From Leucoraja ocellata (Eukaryota): a DNA stretch of 64,000 nt. The notes under the pieces were generated by a model. The model worked only from the letters and a program-made list of their open reading frames with translations, was not told where the DNA came from and did not search any database. Shown in pieces: positions 50,056 to 63,537 of this stretch (its first letter is position 1; every line of letters begins with the position of its first letter). Location: the NCBI GenBank assembly GCA_036785375.1, contig JAWMAR010000775.1, positions 62,001-126,000 of the forward strand, in the 5' to 3' direction. A program made the position numbers and the translations under genes.

Positions 50056-50650
50056 AGTTTAGTTTAGAGATACAGTGTGGAAACAGGCCCTTCGGCCCAC
50101 CGAGTCCGCACCGACCGCGATCCCCGCACATTAACACTACCCTACGTGCATTGGGGACAATTTACACTTATACCAGGCCAATTAACCTACAAACCTGCAC
50201 ATCTTTGGAGGAAATCGAAGATAGAAACATAGAAACATAGAAATTAGGTGCAGGAGTAGAACATTCGGCCCTTCGAGCCTGCACCGCCATTCAATATGAT
50301 CATGGCTGATCATCCAACTCAGTATCCCGTACCTGCCTTCTCTCCATACCCCCTGATCCCCTTAGCCACAAGGGCCACATCTAACTCCCTCTTAAATATA
50401 GCCAATGAACTGGCCTCAACTACCCTCTGTGGCAGAGAGTTCCAGAGATTCACCACTCTCTGTGTGAAAAAAGTTCTTCTCATCTTGGTTTTAAAGGATT
50501 TCCCCCTTATTCTTAAGGTCCCGGGGAAAACCCACAAAGGTCGCAGGGAGGACGTATAAACTCTGTACAGACAGCACCCGTGGTCAGGATTGAACCCGTG
50601 TCTCTGGCGCCGTAAGGCAGTAGCTCTACTGCGACACCACCATACCGCCC
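50056..50650 (-). mobile_element. SINE interrupted by a CR1 3' end (about 50220-50517)
   Basis: SINE tail at 50056-50219 and SINE head at 50518-50650 flank a CR1 3' UTR nearly identical to 43023-43315. Confidence 0.8.
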
Positions 50651-51449
50651 CAATCACTGTTATCAAAATACTTACTAACGATATGTTATAACAACTAGTT
50701 TTTCTTGTACACAACAGAAATATTCCTAATAGGGAATATTTAGTTTGTAAGGTAATATTTAGATGAACAAATAATAATACTGTTAAGCAAGCCAAATGCT
50801 TACTGAAGGCATTTGGAAAGTAAATGCCAGACAAATATGCCAGGTCTATTTAAATGTTCATAGACTTTTGCATTTTAATTACTTCTGAGAGCAATTTCAT
50901 CCACACAATTGGATTTCAGTTTGATTCATAAAAAGTAAACGATGTACTGACCAGAAATGAAACCATTTGACCTTTAGTAAGTCAAAACTAACTTCCAATG
51001 ATTGGAATAGAAAAAAAACATGAAAAGATTCTATTAAGATTGAAAGCCTTTTCAGAGAACATAACATGATGTTATGCGGAAAGAATTTTAAATATTTTAA
51101 AGGCAAGTTGTTGATAAAATATTTACCAAAACTGAACTTTGGAACTGTTGGAAAAGAAATTGCTGCAGACAAGGAAGTAGTTTAATAATTTCAAAGGTTT
51201 GATAACGATAACAGTGATTCATAATAAATCACTGCAAAGCAGGGGCTAAATTGGAACTGCACCTTCAGACTATTTAAAGAAAGCATTTTTTTTTTTTTCT
51301 GACCACGCTGAGTTGCAACTGTTCATTATTTTGACCCCACCTTCATCCGACAGCCTTTTTCTAAACAGGCTCTAATCTAACGTTTAAAATTGCTTCCATT
51401 ACAAGAGTCCTTACTGGGAACCAAACACTGGTATAGCAACTGAAATTGG

Positions 51450-51726
51450 CAAACACAGGCCCTTTGGGCCAACTTGCCCACACTGGCCAACATGTCCCAG
51501 CTATGCTAGTCCTGCCTGCATTTGGTCCATATCCCTCCAAACCTGTCCTATCCATGTACTTGTCTAATTGTTTTTTAAACATTGGGATAGTCTCAGCCTC
51601 CTATCTCCTCTGGCAGCTTGTTCCATACACCCACCACCACTTTGTGCAAAAAATCTACCCCTCAGATTCTTATTAACTCTTTTCCCCTTTACCTTAAACC
51701 CATGTCTTCTGGTCTTCGATTCACCT
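51450..51726 (-). mobile_element. CR1 3' fragment
   Basis: Encodes GESKTRRHGFKVKGKR..FKKQLDKYMD. Confidence 0.75.
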
Positions 51727-52226
51727 AAATTCAAGTTCATAGAGTTATACCTGCAAAAACCAGCCACACAACACCACTCGTACAGTCTCCATAGCCTGTT
51801 ATGCCTTGGCAATTCAATTGCTCATTCAGATTATCTTAAGTCTTGAAGATAAACACAAAATGTAGCGTGACTCAGCGGGACAGGCGGCATAGAATGAAAG
51901 GGTGACGTTTCTGGTCGAAACACTTCCTCAATGTTGGTTCATAACTTCACCAAGCCCTCAGGCAAAGCGGCTCAGATTGCAAGCACCCTCTCGATTAATG
52001 AGAAATCTTCTGCAGTTGCCCTCCAAACTGCTAATTCCTCACTAATGCCTTCTGGTTTTAGATACCAAAACCATGAGGAACAGCCTCTAACTATCTTACC
52101 TTTGGGCCACAGAGTCCTACCTTAATCAGAGGAACATGACATGTCATCTCGTGCTGATTTGGTAGCACTCCAGCTTCTCAATCAGGAGATTGTGTTGAAG
52201 TGCCCACTCTGGACACTAGCCACAAA

Positions 52227-55200
52227 AATAGTAAAATTCAATGAGAACTTACCAGTTTGAAGTTTGATCTGTATTTTATGAGACATTACGATGAGGGATT
52301 ACGTGAAGAACCCGTCCAGCACACATGTGCGGCATTCTTCAAAGCAGCAGTGTGGAATCATAGAAACACACACTAATTGAAATAAACATAGTAAAGACAA
52401 GGAGAACTAAGTTATCAGTTGATCTCTATAATTGAGGGTGGGAGCGGAGGGCACGTAATCCCTCATCGTAAGTCCTCATAAAATACAGATCAAACTTCAA
52501 ACTGGTAAGTTCTCGTTTAATCTTACTATTTTACTTCGGAGTCACGTGAGTGACTACGTGAAGATTTTAAAGCTCTGTGATTTCAAACCATGTAACAGTT
52601 CATACTTCACTCGCTGCTGAAGTCATTCGAGGAAGGAAATATGTTATCGTAATCAACCATGAATCTGTTTGTAAAACAATAATGGTGGTATTAACAATAA
52701 CAAGACCAAAATGCTCCCCCGGGCTTAAATTATATATTTTTGCAGATTCTAAAACTTTTTCTGCAAACGATACAGGTTCTGCCAGCGGCTTGTTATAAAA
52801 GTTTGGAATGTATACTCCCTAGACCACCCCGCTGTAGCCAGGATGTGGTCCATAGGCACGTCCATCCTCTTAGTCACCGATGTGGATGCTGCCCTGGTGG
52901 AGTAAGATTTATACACGTTAGTATTTACTCCAGCAACTCCCAGTACCTGCTTGAGCCACTAGAGATAGTTTGGCTCATCACCCGGCCATGAGGTTTCTTG
53001 TGGCTGACCCATAAGGCTTTTTCTCTCCCTCGGGGATTTCTTATTGTGTCGATGTAGTTCAATAAGTGAGTCATGACACATAACCGTGGTTCAGGTGGGT
53101 ATGCCCGGAATTCCATGACTGGACCTGATGTTCCTGGTCTGCTCTGTTTGACCAGCCCCTGAATGGTAAATGTGACATGGTCTGGTGTTATAACCATATT
53201 GTCCAATTGTAGTAGATGGAGGAACTCGATTCTTTGTGCTGAGATAAGGCCATCAGCATGACCGTCTTCAGGGTAGGCTGGCTGTTCCAGGGTGAGGGAC
53301 CTGGCTGGTGACCATCCCCTAAGGTATGTCAGGACCACACTGACATCCCAGATTTGGGTGTCTGGGGAATTAGAGTTGAATATGCCTCTCCTGAATTTGA
53401 TCACCAGTAGGTGGTACCCTATGGCCTGTTGTCCTGGTGCCTGAGTTAAGTAGGCTGACAGAGCACTTCTGGCTGTATTGATGGCGCAGTAGCTGAGTCC
53501 TTCATTGTGGTGAAGACCTGCCAGGAACTCCAGTACAGGTTTTGTTGTAGTTGAATATGTAATTCCTGTATTTGAAAAAGTATCTTCCCACTTCTTGATG
53601 TTCGCCAAGTATGTTCCCTAGTGGATATGCGATGGGATGCTGTCATCGTGTCGATAGTGCTGTTTGACAATCCAGGCCCAGCAGTGGTCTTCCCAATTCT
53701 GCAACCCAGGCCCAGCAGTGGTCTTTTCAAATCTGCAACCCAGTAGTTTAATTTATCGTGGCATGGGTGGCTTAAGCCTGAAACTGGGTGAGTTGATAAG
53801 TCTGGGCTGCTGGGAAAATCATTAGGGTTTTGATGACCATGTCGAGGACCACGACTGTGGGTTTAGTCGGGTACTATCAAAATACTTGAAGCAGAGTCCA
53901 TCTGTATTTTGTGTAGTACCCGACTGATGAGCCGTAATACCTAACTGATGATGTAGAAAAGGGGAGAACATAAAGATTAGATCCCCCCCCCCCCAGTTCA
54001 GCGGGAATGTATTCATTGCCACTGCCTCAAAGTTTGGTTTCATGCGACATACATCAGTACGTGGTGATTCAATTAAAATACAAGGAAATCGATATCTGGT
54101 GTTCCATATTGCTTTGTAATTTCAGCAAATACTTCAGTCTGAAGAAGGGTTTCTGCCCGAAACGTCGCCTATTCCCTTCGCTCCATAGATGCTGCTGCAC
54201 CCGCTGATTTTCTCCAGCATTTTTGTGTACCTTTGGTTTAATATGTCTGTTTACAGTATTTAGCTCACCTGGTAGGTGTTACTGATGGTCAAATATGTTT
54301 GACGACATACGGTTACCAATTGTTAAATAAATTGTCACATGATATCGATTTTATTCCGCCCAAGTGGTTTGGTATATGCCACCACTGTGATGTTGTTAAT
54401 TTATAAACGAACATGCAAAACGGTGCACTACTGAACAATATGCTTTTGCCAATAGAACGTACTCAATATTTCCAACTAGGTTTTATGCCCAGTGTCTATA
54501 GTGATGACGACTCCAGATTAGTCCATTTACCACCATGTTCTGGGTGTGGGTTATTTTGTTTAAACACTAGCACCTTAGCTCTAATGGAAAGGTTCAAGTT
54601 AAGTAGCTGGTAATGCTGCTACTAATTCCCAATTACTCTTGCCACTTGTTGAATGGTTGGTTGATTGTTACCATTAATTGTTACAGGTTGTGCCATACAC
54701 TGACTCTCCTTATGGCAATGTTATAGATGAGTGGGTAGAGTTAATTGAATACCAGATAGTCAACAGTTGTGGATGGTGTCAACGTAGATTTATCTGGATA
54801 GTATGACAGTGCCCAGGCTAAATAAGTTTTAGTAGCTAATGCTGCTGATTTAGCTATTTCCGTGGATTTGTCTGTCGTTAATATCATAGAGACATGCCAT
54901 GACGATATGTTCCTTAATAGTGTCAGGGCTAGTTTGAATATCTGGAAACAGTTTTGGCTCATATTAGCCATTGTCAATAATTTATACTGCCATAGTTACC
55001 CCATCCAGGTAAATTGTGGTATCTCTGAAAATCTTTTATGAATGGCTACTGAATAGTATGCATCTTTTAAGTCGATGTCTACCATAAAGTATCCTAGGAA
55101 ATCCATGGTTAGCAGTTACAAGTTTCCATAAAATGTGTATACCTGGTGAAAATACTCAAGTGGTTAAGTCAATGATGGTGCGACATTCACCATCTTTGGG

Positions 55201-57139
55201 TTTTTTGGTACCAAAGGTTCATATTAGACTTCTTTAATAATAATAATAATAATAATACATTTTATTCATGGGCGCCTTTCAAGACTCTCAAGAACACCTT
55301 ACATGTTTTGTATTCTGTTTACTAAATTTTGTAAGTGGAATGAAACAAAATAAAAAATAACGACACAAAAAAAAAATAGTAAAGACATCAACAATACACA
55401 ATTCAAAGACACAATTCAAAGACACAATTCAAAGAGAGAGCAGCGACAGCTAATCATGCCATATATACTTTATGACCCCTTGTATATCTTCTCCAGTTAG
55501 CTAGTCCCTCATGTACTTTTTTAGTGGGAGGGTAGACCCCTTTGGGGTGCATGCTGAACTGGTGGTAAGTTTCTTAATTCAATTTTTATCCTTGAATACT
55601 TTTGGTATATAACTACCAAGTGTGATAGTTCTTCATGTTTCCAACCCAGGTGTGATTTCCCCCCCCCCCCCCCCCCCCCCCCCATTTTCCATGGGGCCCG
55701 CTCTGGACCCTGGCCTGAAAAGGCTTACGGGGGTTGGCATGCGATCCCTGAGCTTTCACCAGTACCCTTAAGTAGACGCCTACTGGTGGACGCGTGGAGG
55801 TACTACTGTCTGGTTTTGTGTGGTGCTCATTCCAGGCTCTGCCCCCTTGATGCCGAATATCTTGGACACTTTGTCCAGTTTTTTAGGCTTGGTTTGGTAA
55901 CTTTGCCAGATAGCAGGATCTATGGTTGTGAGGTCAGCGTTCTCACAGTCCTGTGACATTTTTAGGTTGAGGGCAGGTTTTATGATTTCCTTCGAGAAGT
56001 TGCGGAGCATACTGTGAAACAGTAGGGTCAGGTGTTTTGCCATACTACCCTGCCCCTCTGGAATGAGCATGCAAAAATGATAGCAGACGTCAGGGGTATC
56101 AAATGCAATTTAAGATTTGGGTTTTTAAAATGCCCTGCTCAATGTACCCCCCCCAATAATAGTGGGCACTTTTAGTAAATGTAATTTTGGGGAGGCGTGA
56201 TGAAATCCAACGCCTCATGATAACCTGTCTTGGAGAGGTTTTTTGGAAAGAACAGGTAGTAAGCTGGCCGTCAGTTGAGACTGAAAAGCCATCTCGTTAG
56301 TGGTGGAGCCACATAGCGGCCACACCCAGCAGCTCTTCCTGATCCTGTACCTCAAGCATACTCCCGATGTTGTTCAGCCAGTGACCCCTCTTCTTGACCA
56401 GCCCAGCCTTGGTCGCCATCGATCCCTCGATAAGGGAGATGGCCAGTGCTGTTATTGCACTGGAGCGGGAGTGTTATGCTCCCTTGGTGAGCTTGCCCCA
56501 GCTCCCGAGGCAAGTCTTGCTGGAGGTTTTTACTCCATGACCTTACTCTAGGCTTGGAGAACAGACGCTTACTTGCTCTCGGGCGGTAGTTTGAAGTGCC
56601 GGTTCCATCTTCTGTGTCCGTCTCCAGCCCAAGGTTTGGTTGCTGACTTTGCTCTAGAGGCTGCTTGCCGTTTTCGGGCCGCATCTGCGGTTCTCGGGCG
56701 GCGAGTCTCCTTGTCGGGAGTATGCAGGGGTTACCGGCCGTTTTTTGAGTTTCCCTCCAGTCCGCTGCTGTTGATCAGACAGCTGTTAGCAGACTCGGCA
56801 TCGGCTCAGTACCCTGACTGTGGACCGCAGCATGTGCGGTCCTGGTGCCGTCTCTCGCCCCCTCCACTGACGGAACGCTCCTTCCCTGGAGTCGAACGGG
56901 GGCCGCTTCCCTCTGTTCTGCTTTGCTCTCTCCAGTTTCCCCTGGAGCAACAAAGAGGAGCAAAGTTTGTAAACTCGAACCTGTGGGTAATTACTTACCT
57001 AACGGTCCATTCTTTCAGGCTTGTAGCGGGAGCGCCTGCACTCCCGTTCGTCGCTGTTGCATCCGCGTGAACGCTCAAGTCACGCATGCATGCTGGACGG
57101 GTTCTTCACGTAGTCACTCACGTGACTCCAAAGTAAAAT
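52227..57139 (-). mobile_element. DIRS1-like retrotransposon, copy 3 (same subfamily as copy 2)
   Basis: Same termini; ICR at about 52452-52561; YR remnant 52925-53608. Secondary insertions at about 54133-54230 (Penelope-derived) and about 55235-55460 ((taa)n-tailed LINE end). Confidence 0.92.
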
Positions 57140-57187
57140 CAATGTTGTTTCTCCAGTTTGATGTAATTGGAAATTTAGGTTTGTATT

Positions 57188-57285
57188 AGGTAGACAAAAA
57201 TGCTGGAGAAACTCAGTGGGTGAAGCAGCATCTATGGAGTGAAGGAAATAGGCAACGCTTCGGGTTGAAACCCTTCTTCAGACTC
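57188..57285 (-). repeat. Penelope-derived repeat between DIRS copies 3 and 4
   Basis: Minus strand reads gtctgaagaagggtttcaacccgaagcgttgcc; flanked by ttgtatt direct repeats. Confidence 0.7.
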
Positions 57286-57344
57286 TTGTATTGCTCTTTT
57301 TTCTGTGCTGCATGTTTGAAGTTTGTTTTCTTACAATGGCGTAT

Positions 57345-60300
57345 AATAGTAAGATTAAACGAGAACTGAGCCAGTTTGAAGTTTGATCTGTATTTTATGT
57401 GGAGTTACGATGAGGGATTATGTGAAGAACCCGTTCAGCACGCATGCGCGGCATACTTCAAAGCAGCGGTGTGGAATCACAGATAGACACAGTTATTGAA
57501 GTAAACATAGTAAAGATAAGGAGACATCAGTTTATGAATTTGACCCATATTATTGAGGGTGGGAGCAGAGGGCACGTAATCCCTCATCGTAACTCCTCAT
57601 AAAATACAGATCAAACTTCAAACTGGTAAGTTCTCGTTTAATCTTACTATTTTACTTCGGAGTCACGTGAGTGATTCTGTGAAGATTTCAAAGCTCTGTG
57701 ATTTCAAACCATGTAACAGTTATTACTACATCACTGCCGAAGTCTTTGAGGGAGGAAGTGCGTTATCGTAACCAACCAATGAATTTGTTTGTAGAAAAAC
57801 ACAATGGTATTTTTTAACAATAACAACAAAGAAATTAAATTGCTCCCCTGGGCTTAAATTAAATATTTGCAGTCTGTAAAATCTTTCCTGCAAATAAAAC
57901 AGGTTTTGCCAACGGCTTATTATAAAATTTCTGAACGGTCTTTCCCCCCACCATCCTGCTGTAGCCAGGATGTGGTTTATAGGCACGTTAATTCTTTTAG
58001 CCATCGACGTGGATGCTGCCCTGGTGGAATGAAATTTGTACATGTTAGTTTTTATCCCAGCAGCTTTTAGCACCTGCTTGAGCCATCTCGAAATGGCTCG
58101 TCACCTGACCATAAGGTTTTTTATGACTGACCCAGAAAGCTTTTCATCTCCCTCGAATATTTTGGTTGTGTCTATGTAGGATAATAGGGTCATGGCACAT
58201 AACCGTGTTTCTGGCGGGAAAACCTGGAATTCTACGAATGGATTAGGTGTTCCTGGTCTGCTCTGTTTGATAATTCCCTGGATAACGACAGAGATCTGGT
58301 CTGGAGCTGTGAGCATGGTGTCCAGTCGCAATAGGTGTAGTGACTGGACCCTTTGTGCAGCTACGTGCCATCAACATGAGTGTTTTGAGCATAGATGGTT
58401 TCAGGTTGAGGGATCTTGCTGGTGGCCATCCCCTGAGGTATATCAGGACCACACTGACATCCCATATATGGGTGTACCTTGGTATAGGGGGTTAGAGTTG
58501 TAAATACCCTTCATTAGTTTGATCACCAGCTGGTGGGACCCCATGGCCTGTTGTCCTGGAGCTGGCTTTAAATAGATAGGCAGGGCAATTCTAGCTGTGT
58601 TGATGGCTCTGTAGCTGAGTCCTTCATCGTGGTGAAGGTTCACCAGGAATTCCAGTACGTTGGTAACTGTAGCGGTTGAGTAGGTGGTCCCTGTATGCAA
58701 GCAGTGCTTCTCCCATTTTTTGATGCTGGACAAGTGCTGTTTTTTAGTGGATGATCGGAGGGATGCTGACATGGTGTCGACGGTTTGTTATGATAATCCC
58801 AGTCCCAGAAGTGGTTTGTGCAGCATCTGCAACCCAGGAGTTTGATTTTTTCATGACACGGGTATTTAGCTGTATTTAGCTTACCTGGCAGGTAAGTGAC
58901 TGATAGCCAAATATGTCTTTGGACACACCATTGCCAGATTGTGTTGACCAACTTGTCGCATGATACCGATTTTATGCCGCCCATATGGCTAATGTAGGCC
59001 ACCACCGTAGTATTATCTATTTATAACCGTACATGCAAGTGATGCATATTTATGCATATGATTTTAAACCATAAAAGTCACCCAACATCTCTAGATAATT
59101 AATGCCCAGTGTAAGTGGTAATGATGATTCTGGGTTAGTCCATCTACTACTTGTGCTGGATATAGAGTTAGTTGCTCCCCAGTCTTGAGCACTGGCATCT
59201 GTTTGGATAACTGACGTAGGGTTAGTGATGATAATAGGCTGAAACTATGTCAAACGTTTTTTGCCCACCACTGTAGTTCTGATATTACTTCAGTGGGTAA
59301 CTTAATGAAACGATCATAATGACCTGTGTGTCGTTTTTGTACAAAGTTCCGAATTATGTAGCCGGAAATGCTGCTACCATTTTCCCAATTACTCTGTTAC
59401 TTGTCGAGTAGTTGGTAGTTTGTTGACCATTTAATTGTTGCATGATTGTGCCAATTCAACTATGTTGTCTTTTGGCAATGTTGCAGTCACGTAGACTGAA
59501 TTAATTGTGAAGCCCAAGTAGTCCATGATAGTGGATGGCTTCAACTTAGATTTATCTGGACGTAAGATAACCCCAGGGTTTTGAATAACTTTTTGATAGC
59601 TGAACAGCTAAGATAGTCAAATTCATGGTCTTACCTACCATTTAGGATATCATCAAGATATGCCATGACAATATGTTTTTGTCTTCTGAATATTGCCAGA
59701 GCTGGTTTTAACGTCTTGGTGACACTCTTGGGCTGATGTGAGCCCATTGGGTAACGCTTTAAACTGCTATAGCTGCCCCATCCAGGTAAATTTCAGGTAT
59801 CTGCGATGATCCTTGTGAATGGTACTAAATAGTAAACATCTTTAAGATGAATGCTTGCCATGAAGTATCCTTTGGAATTTAGTTGTTTGGCAGTAACAAC
59901 CGGTTCCATTTTGAAATGTATATACTTAATAAACATATTTAGTGAAGTCAAGTCAATGATGCGACATCCACATTTTTTTTTTTTGGGTTTAGTGAATATA
60001 CTTGATATGAATTGCAAGGGTTCAGGTTTTCCCATGATACCCTTTGTAATTATTCTCACCAGTTCAGCTTGTCCCTCTTGTTTCTTTAACGGAGAGGGGA
60101 AAAAATACCCTCTGGGGTGAATGTTGACGTGGTGGCAATTTTTCTAGTATGAATTGTATTTGTATTCACTAATGCCATTGAGTATATAGTGATCACTCGT
60201 GATAGACTCCCATGTGTTCGTATTACTCTATATACTGGTAGGAACCAGACCCACCTACCTCCATGGTTATGGGTATTCTTCTGTTTCCTTCCGGTCCAAC

Positions 60301-61762
60301 GAGTGTTGCACGTCGTCTGATGTGGCGGTGATGTTGGGGGGTAGCACATTTTCCATGGGGTCCGCTCTGGGCCCTGGTCTAAAGAAGACTTTCAGTGATA
60401 GAATGCGGACACCGAGCTTTCATCAGTCCGATATGGTAGACGTTGACTGATGGACGCGATGGGGTGCTGCTGCATAGGTATTACTGTTTTTGGTTACTCG
60501 TCCCGACCCTGCCCTCATGAGCCGAAAGTTTTGTAAAACCTGTTGCATGTCCTTGATATGCTTTGTGAGGTTTTTGCCAAAGAGCAGTGGGTCTGGCTCA
60601 GTGGCTGGGGTATGCACAACCCAGCAATGTAGGATTTTATGGCAGGTCTTATGACTTGTTTACGAAGGTTGTGGTTATCTCCGTATTTGTCCATGGAACG
60701 AGGAAAAAACAATGTGATGGCTGTCGTCCGGCTTTTAACGGCCTCCTGCACGTGGGGTTTCCACGTAGCTGTCCACCACACCTAGCAGCTCTTCCTGTTC
60801 CTGCACCCCTTGCATACTCCCGAGATCTTCAGCCATTGCCCCTGTTCTTGACCAGCCCATTCCTGGTCACCAAAGCTATCCTCTGGAAAGGAGGAAGCAA
60901 TGGACAGTGCACAAGGCAATGTGGAGAGAGTGCCTGACCCCCCCCCTCTGCGAGAGTGCCCCTCCTGGGGTGCACCTCGCTGGAGCTCCTGCTCCAAGAG
61001 CCGCTCCATGTGGCTCAGACAGCTGTCTCTCCCCCGCCTGGGTGGAGAGACGTCCCGTCCGATAAGTCGGAGCCACCGGCCGGATGCCTCTTCCTTGGCT
61101 TTACATCCAGCCCGCTGCTCAGGCGCTAGCGAGCTGGGCTTGGCGCGGAGTCGGGGTATAGCGGACCGCCCGGTAAGCGGTCCTACCGCCTTGTTGCTGT
61201 CCCCGCGAGATGGAACGCTCCTCCATGGAGTCGAGTGGGGGACAAGTCTGTTCAGGCAGCTGTCTTTCCCCCCCCGGGCAGGTGGAAAGACGTTCCGTCC
61301 GGTAAGTTGGAGCCACCGGCTGGACGCCTCCGTGGCGGTACTTCCAGCCCGCTGCTCAGGTGCTAGCGGGGCTGGGCTCAGCACGGTGTCGGGATAGCGG
61401 AGCGCCAGGTAAGCGGTCCTACCGCCTTGATGCTGCCCCCCCCCCCCCCCTCAGATGGAACGCTCCTCCGTGGAGTCGAGCAGGGGACAGGTCTGTTCTG
61501 TTGCTGCCCCCCCAGATGGATGCTCCTCCGTGGAATCGAGCGGGGGACAGGTTTGTTGCAGAGCCTTTCTTCTCTGCGGGACAGCAGAAGGCTCCCTGTG
61601 AAAGAAAAACACAACGTCAGCTTACCTGACGGTCCGTTCTTTCACCTCCATAGCGGGAGCGCCAGACTCCCGCTGTGCCGCTGTTGCTCTGCTGGAGTAA
61701 TGCCACGCATGCGTGCTGAACGGGTTCTTCATGGAATCGCTCACGTGACTCCGAATTAAAAT
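57345..61762 (-). mobile_element. DIRS1-like retrotransposon, copy 4 (MT region deleted, gag tandem repeats)
   Basis: RT (YIHFKME..AYLDDI), RNase H (QTDAS; AYISHMGG), YR (FHSTRAASTS..TAGW); ICR at about 57573-57680. Confidence 0.92.
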
Positions 61763-61930
61763 TGTAGTGATTTCTGTGCCAAAAAATAATGCCCTAGAAT
61801 TCCAAACAGATATTTCTTGATTGTGTTGATATTGGGCCTATGTTCTCTTGAATTTGAAAGAATGAGGGGAGAGTTCATTGAGTTATACAAAGTTCTTACA
61901 GGACCTGACAAGGTATATGAAATTCAGATG

Positions 61931-62197
61931 AGTTTAGAGATACAGGTCCATTGGCTCACTAAGTCTGTGTCAACCAGCAGTAGTTCTATCCTGCACAGTA
62001 GGGACAAATTTACGAAAGACAATTAACCTACAAAACTACACGCCTTTGGAATGTGGAAGGAAACCGGATCACCCAGAGAAAACCCACACGGTCACCAAGA
62101 GAACGTACAAACCTCTGCACAGACAGCAGTTAAGATCGAATCCGGGTCCCTGGTGCTGTACATCAGCAACTCTACCACTGCACCACCGTGCCGCCCC
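61931..62197 (-). mobile_element. tRNA-derived SINE
   Basis: Reverse complement of the SINE family at 12887. Confidence 0.75.
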
Positions 62198-62614
62198 TAT
62201 ATGTTGATGTTTCTCCTGACATCAACCACATGCACGAATCCCTCTATTCCAGAAGAGGATAGCTGTAACCCAACGGGTCAGGCAGCATCTCTGCAGAACA
62301 TGAAGAGGTAATGTTTTTGGGTTGGGAACTTTCTTCGTGTCCTTTTGTGTAAACCAATACTCCTTGTTTCTACTTCCCTCTATTCCAGGTTGGGCTCACA
62401 ATCCTTTCCCAGACGCTGATCTGATGTCCCAGGCACCCGGCTGCTCTCCCGTTGTAATCCCTGCATCGAGACTCAATCCCAGATTATTTCCTGTGATGTT
62501 TCGCTCCGTTCACATAAAAGATCTATGGAACCTTTACAAATAAGAGCAGAGGCATTATTCCAGTCAGTATTGATTAAACAAACTTACTGGTCATTATCAC
62601 TGCTGTGTGTGAAC

Positions 62615-62972
62615 AGTGAAAGGCCTGGATAGAGTGGATGTGAAGAGGATGTTTCCACTGGTGGGAGGGTCCAGGACTAGAGGTCATAGCCTCAGAATTA
62701 AAGGATGTTCCTTTAGGAAGAAAATGAGGAAGAATTTTGTTAGTCTGAGGAAGGTGAACCTGTGGAATTCTTTGCCACAGAAGGATGTTGAGGTCAAGTG
62801 AATGAATATTTTTAAGGCAGTGATGGGTAGATTCTTAATTACTGCAGGTGTCAGGGGTAATGGGGAGAAGACAGGAGAATGCGGTTAGGAGGGAGAGATA
62901 GATCAGCCATGATTGAATGCCAGAGTAGACTTGATGGGCTGAATGGCTTAATTCTGCTCGTATCACTTATGA
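62615..62972 (+). mobile_element. CR1 3' fragment
   Basis: Encodes KGLDRVDVKRMFPLVGGSRTRGHSL..VNLWNSLP. Confidence 0.8.
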
Positions 62973-63303
62973 ACTGGTTCTACATTACAATGAATGCACA
63001 ACAGAAGTACTCCACTGCTTGTCGAGTGCTCTGGGATCTCCTAAGGTCTTGAAGAGTAATGTAGAAACAAAAGTCTTAGTTTATATTATTTCTTCATTTG
63101 ATTTAGATGAGTTTATTGTCAAATACGCTAGGCTGCCATAACATTTCTTGTTCACATGAAGCTTGTGGAGTAAACTCTATGCATTGAATACAATAATACG
63201 TACAATAAAGTGCAAAATAGCAGAATGATACAAGATTGCAGTGCAATCCAAATTAGTAGGAAAAAAAAGTACAATAATGAAATAACCAAATGAAATAGAG
63301 TTA

Positions 63304-63537
63304 AGGGCCTGTCCCACATGGCGACTTTTTCAGCGACTGTCGGCATGATTGACTGACGTATCAGGTCACCGAAAAAGTTGCGGCGTGACGACGTATTGAC
63401 GTGCAATGTCTCCTCAAATATCGCAACATTTTTTTGGCGCCGTTGGATTTTGAAATGTTCAAAATCTTTCGGCGACCTGATACATCAGTCAATGACGCCG
63501 GCAGTCGTCGAAAAAATCATCAAGTGGGACAGGCCCT
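63304..63537. mobile_element. PIF/Harbinger-type MITE, largely palindromic
   Basis: TTA|AGGGCCTGTCCCAC ... GTGGGACAGGCCCT|TTA. A related element starts at about 63925 and runs off the window. Confidence 0.85.
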
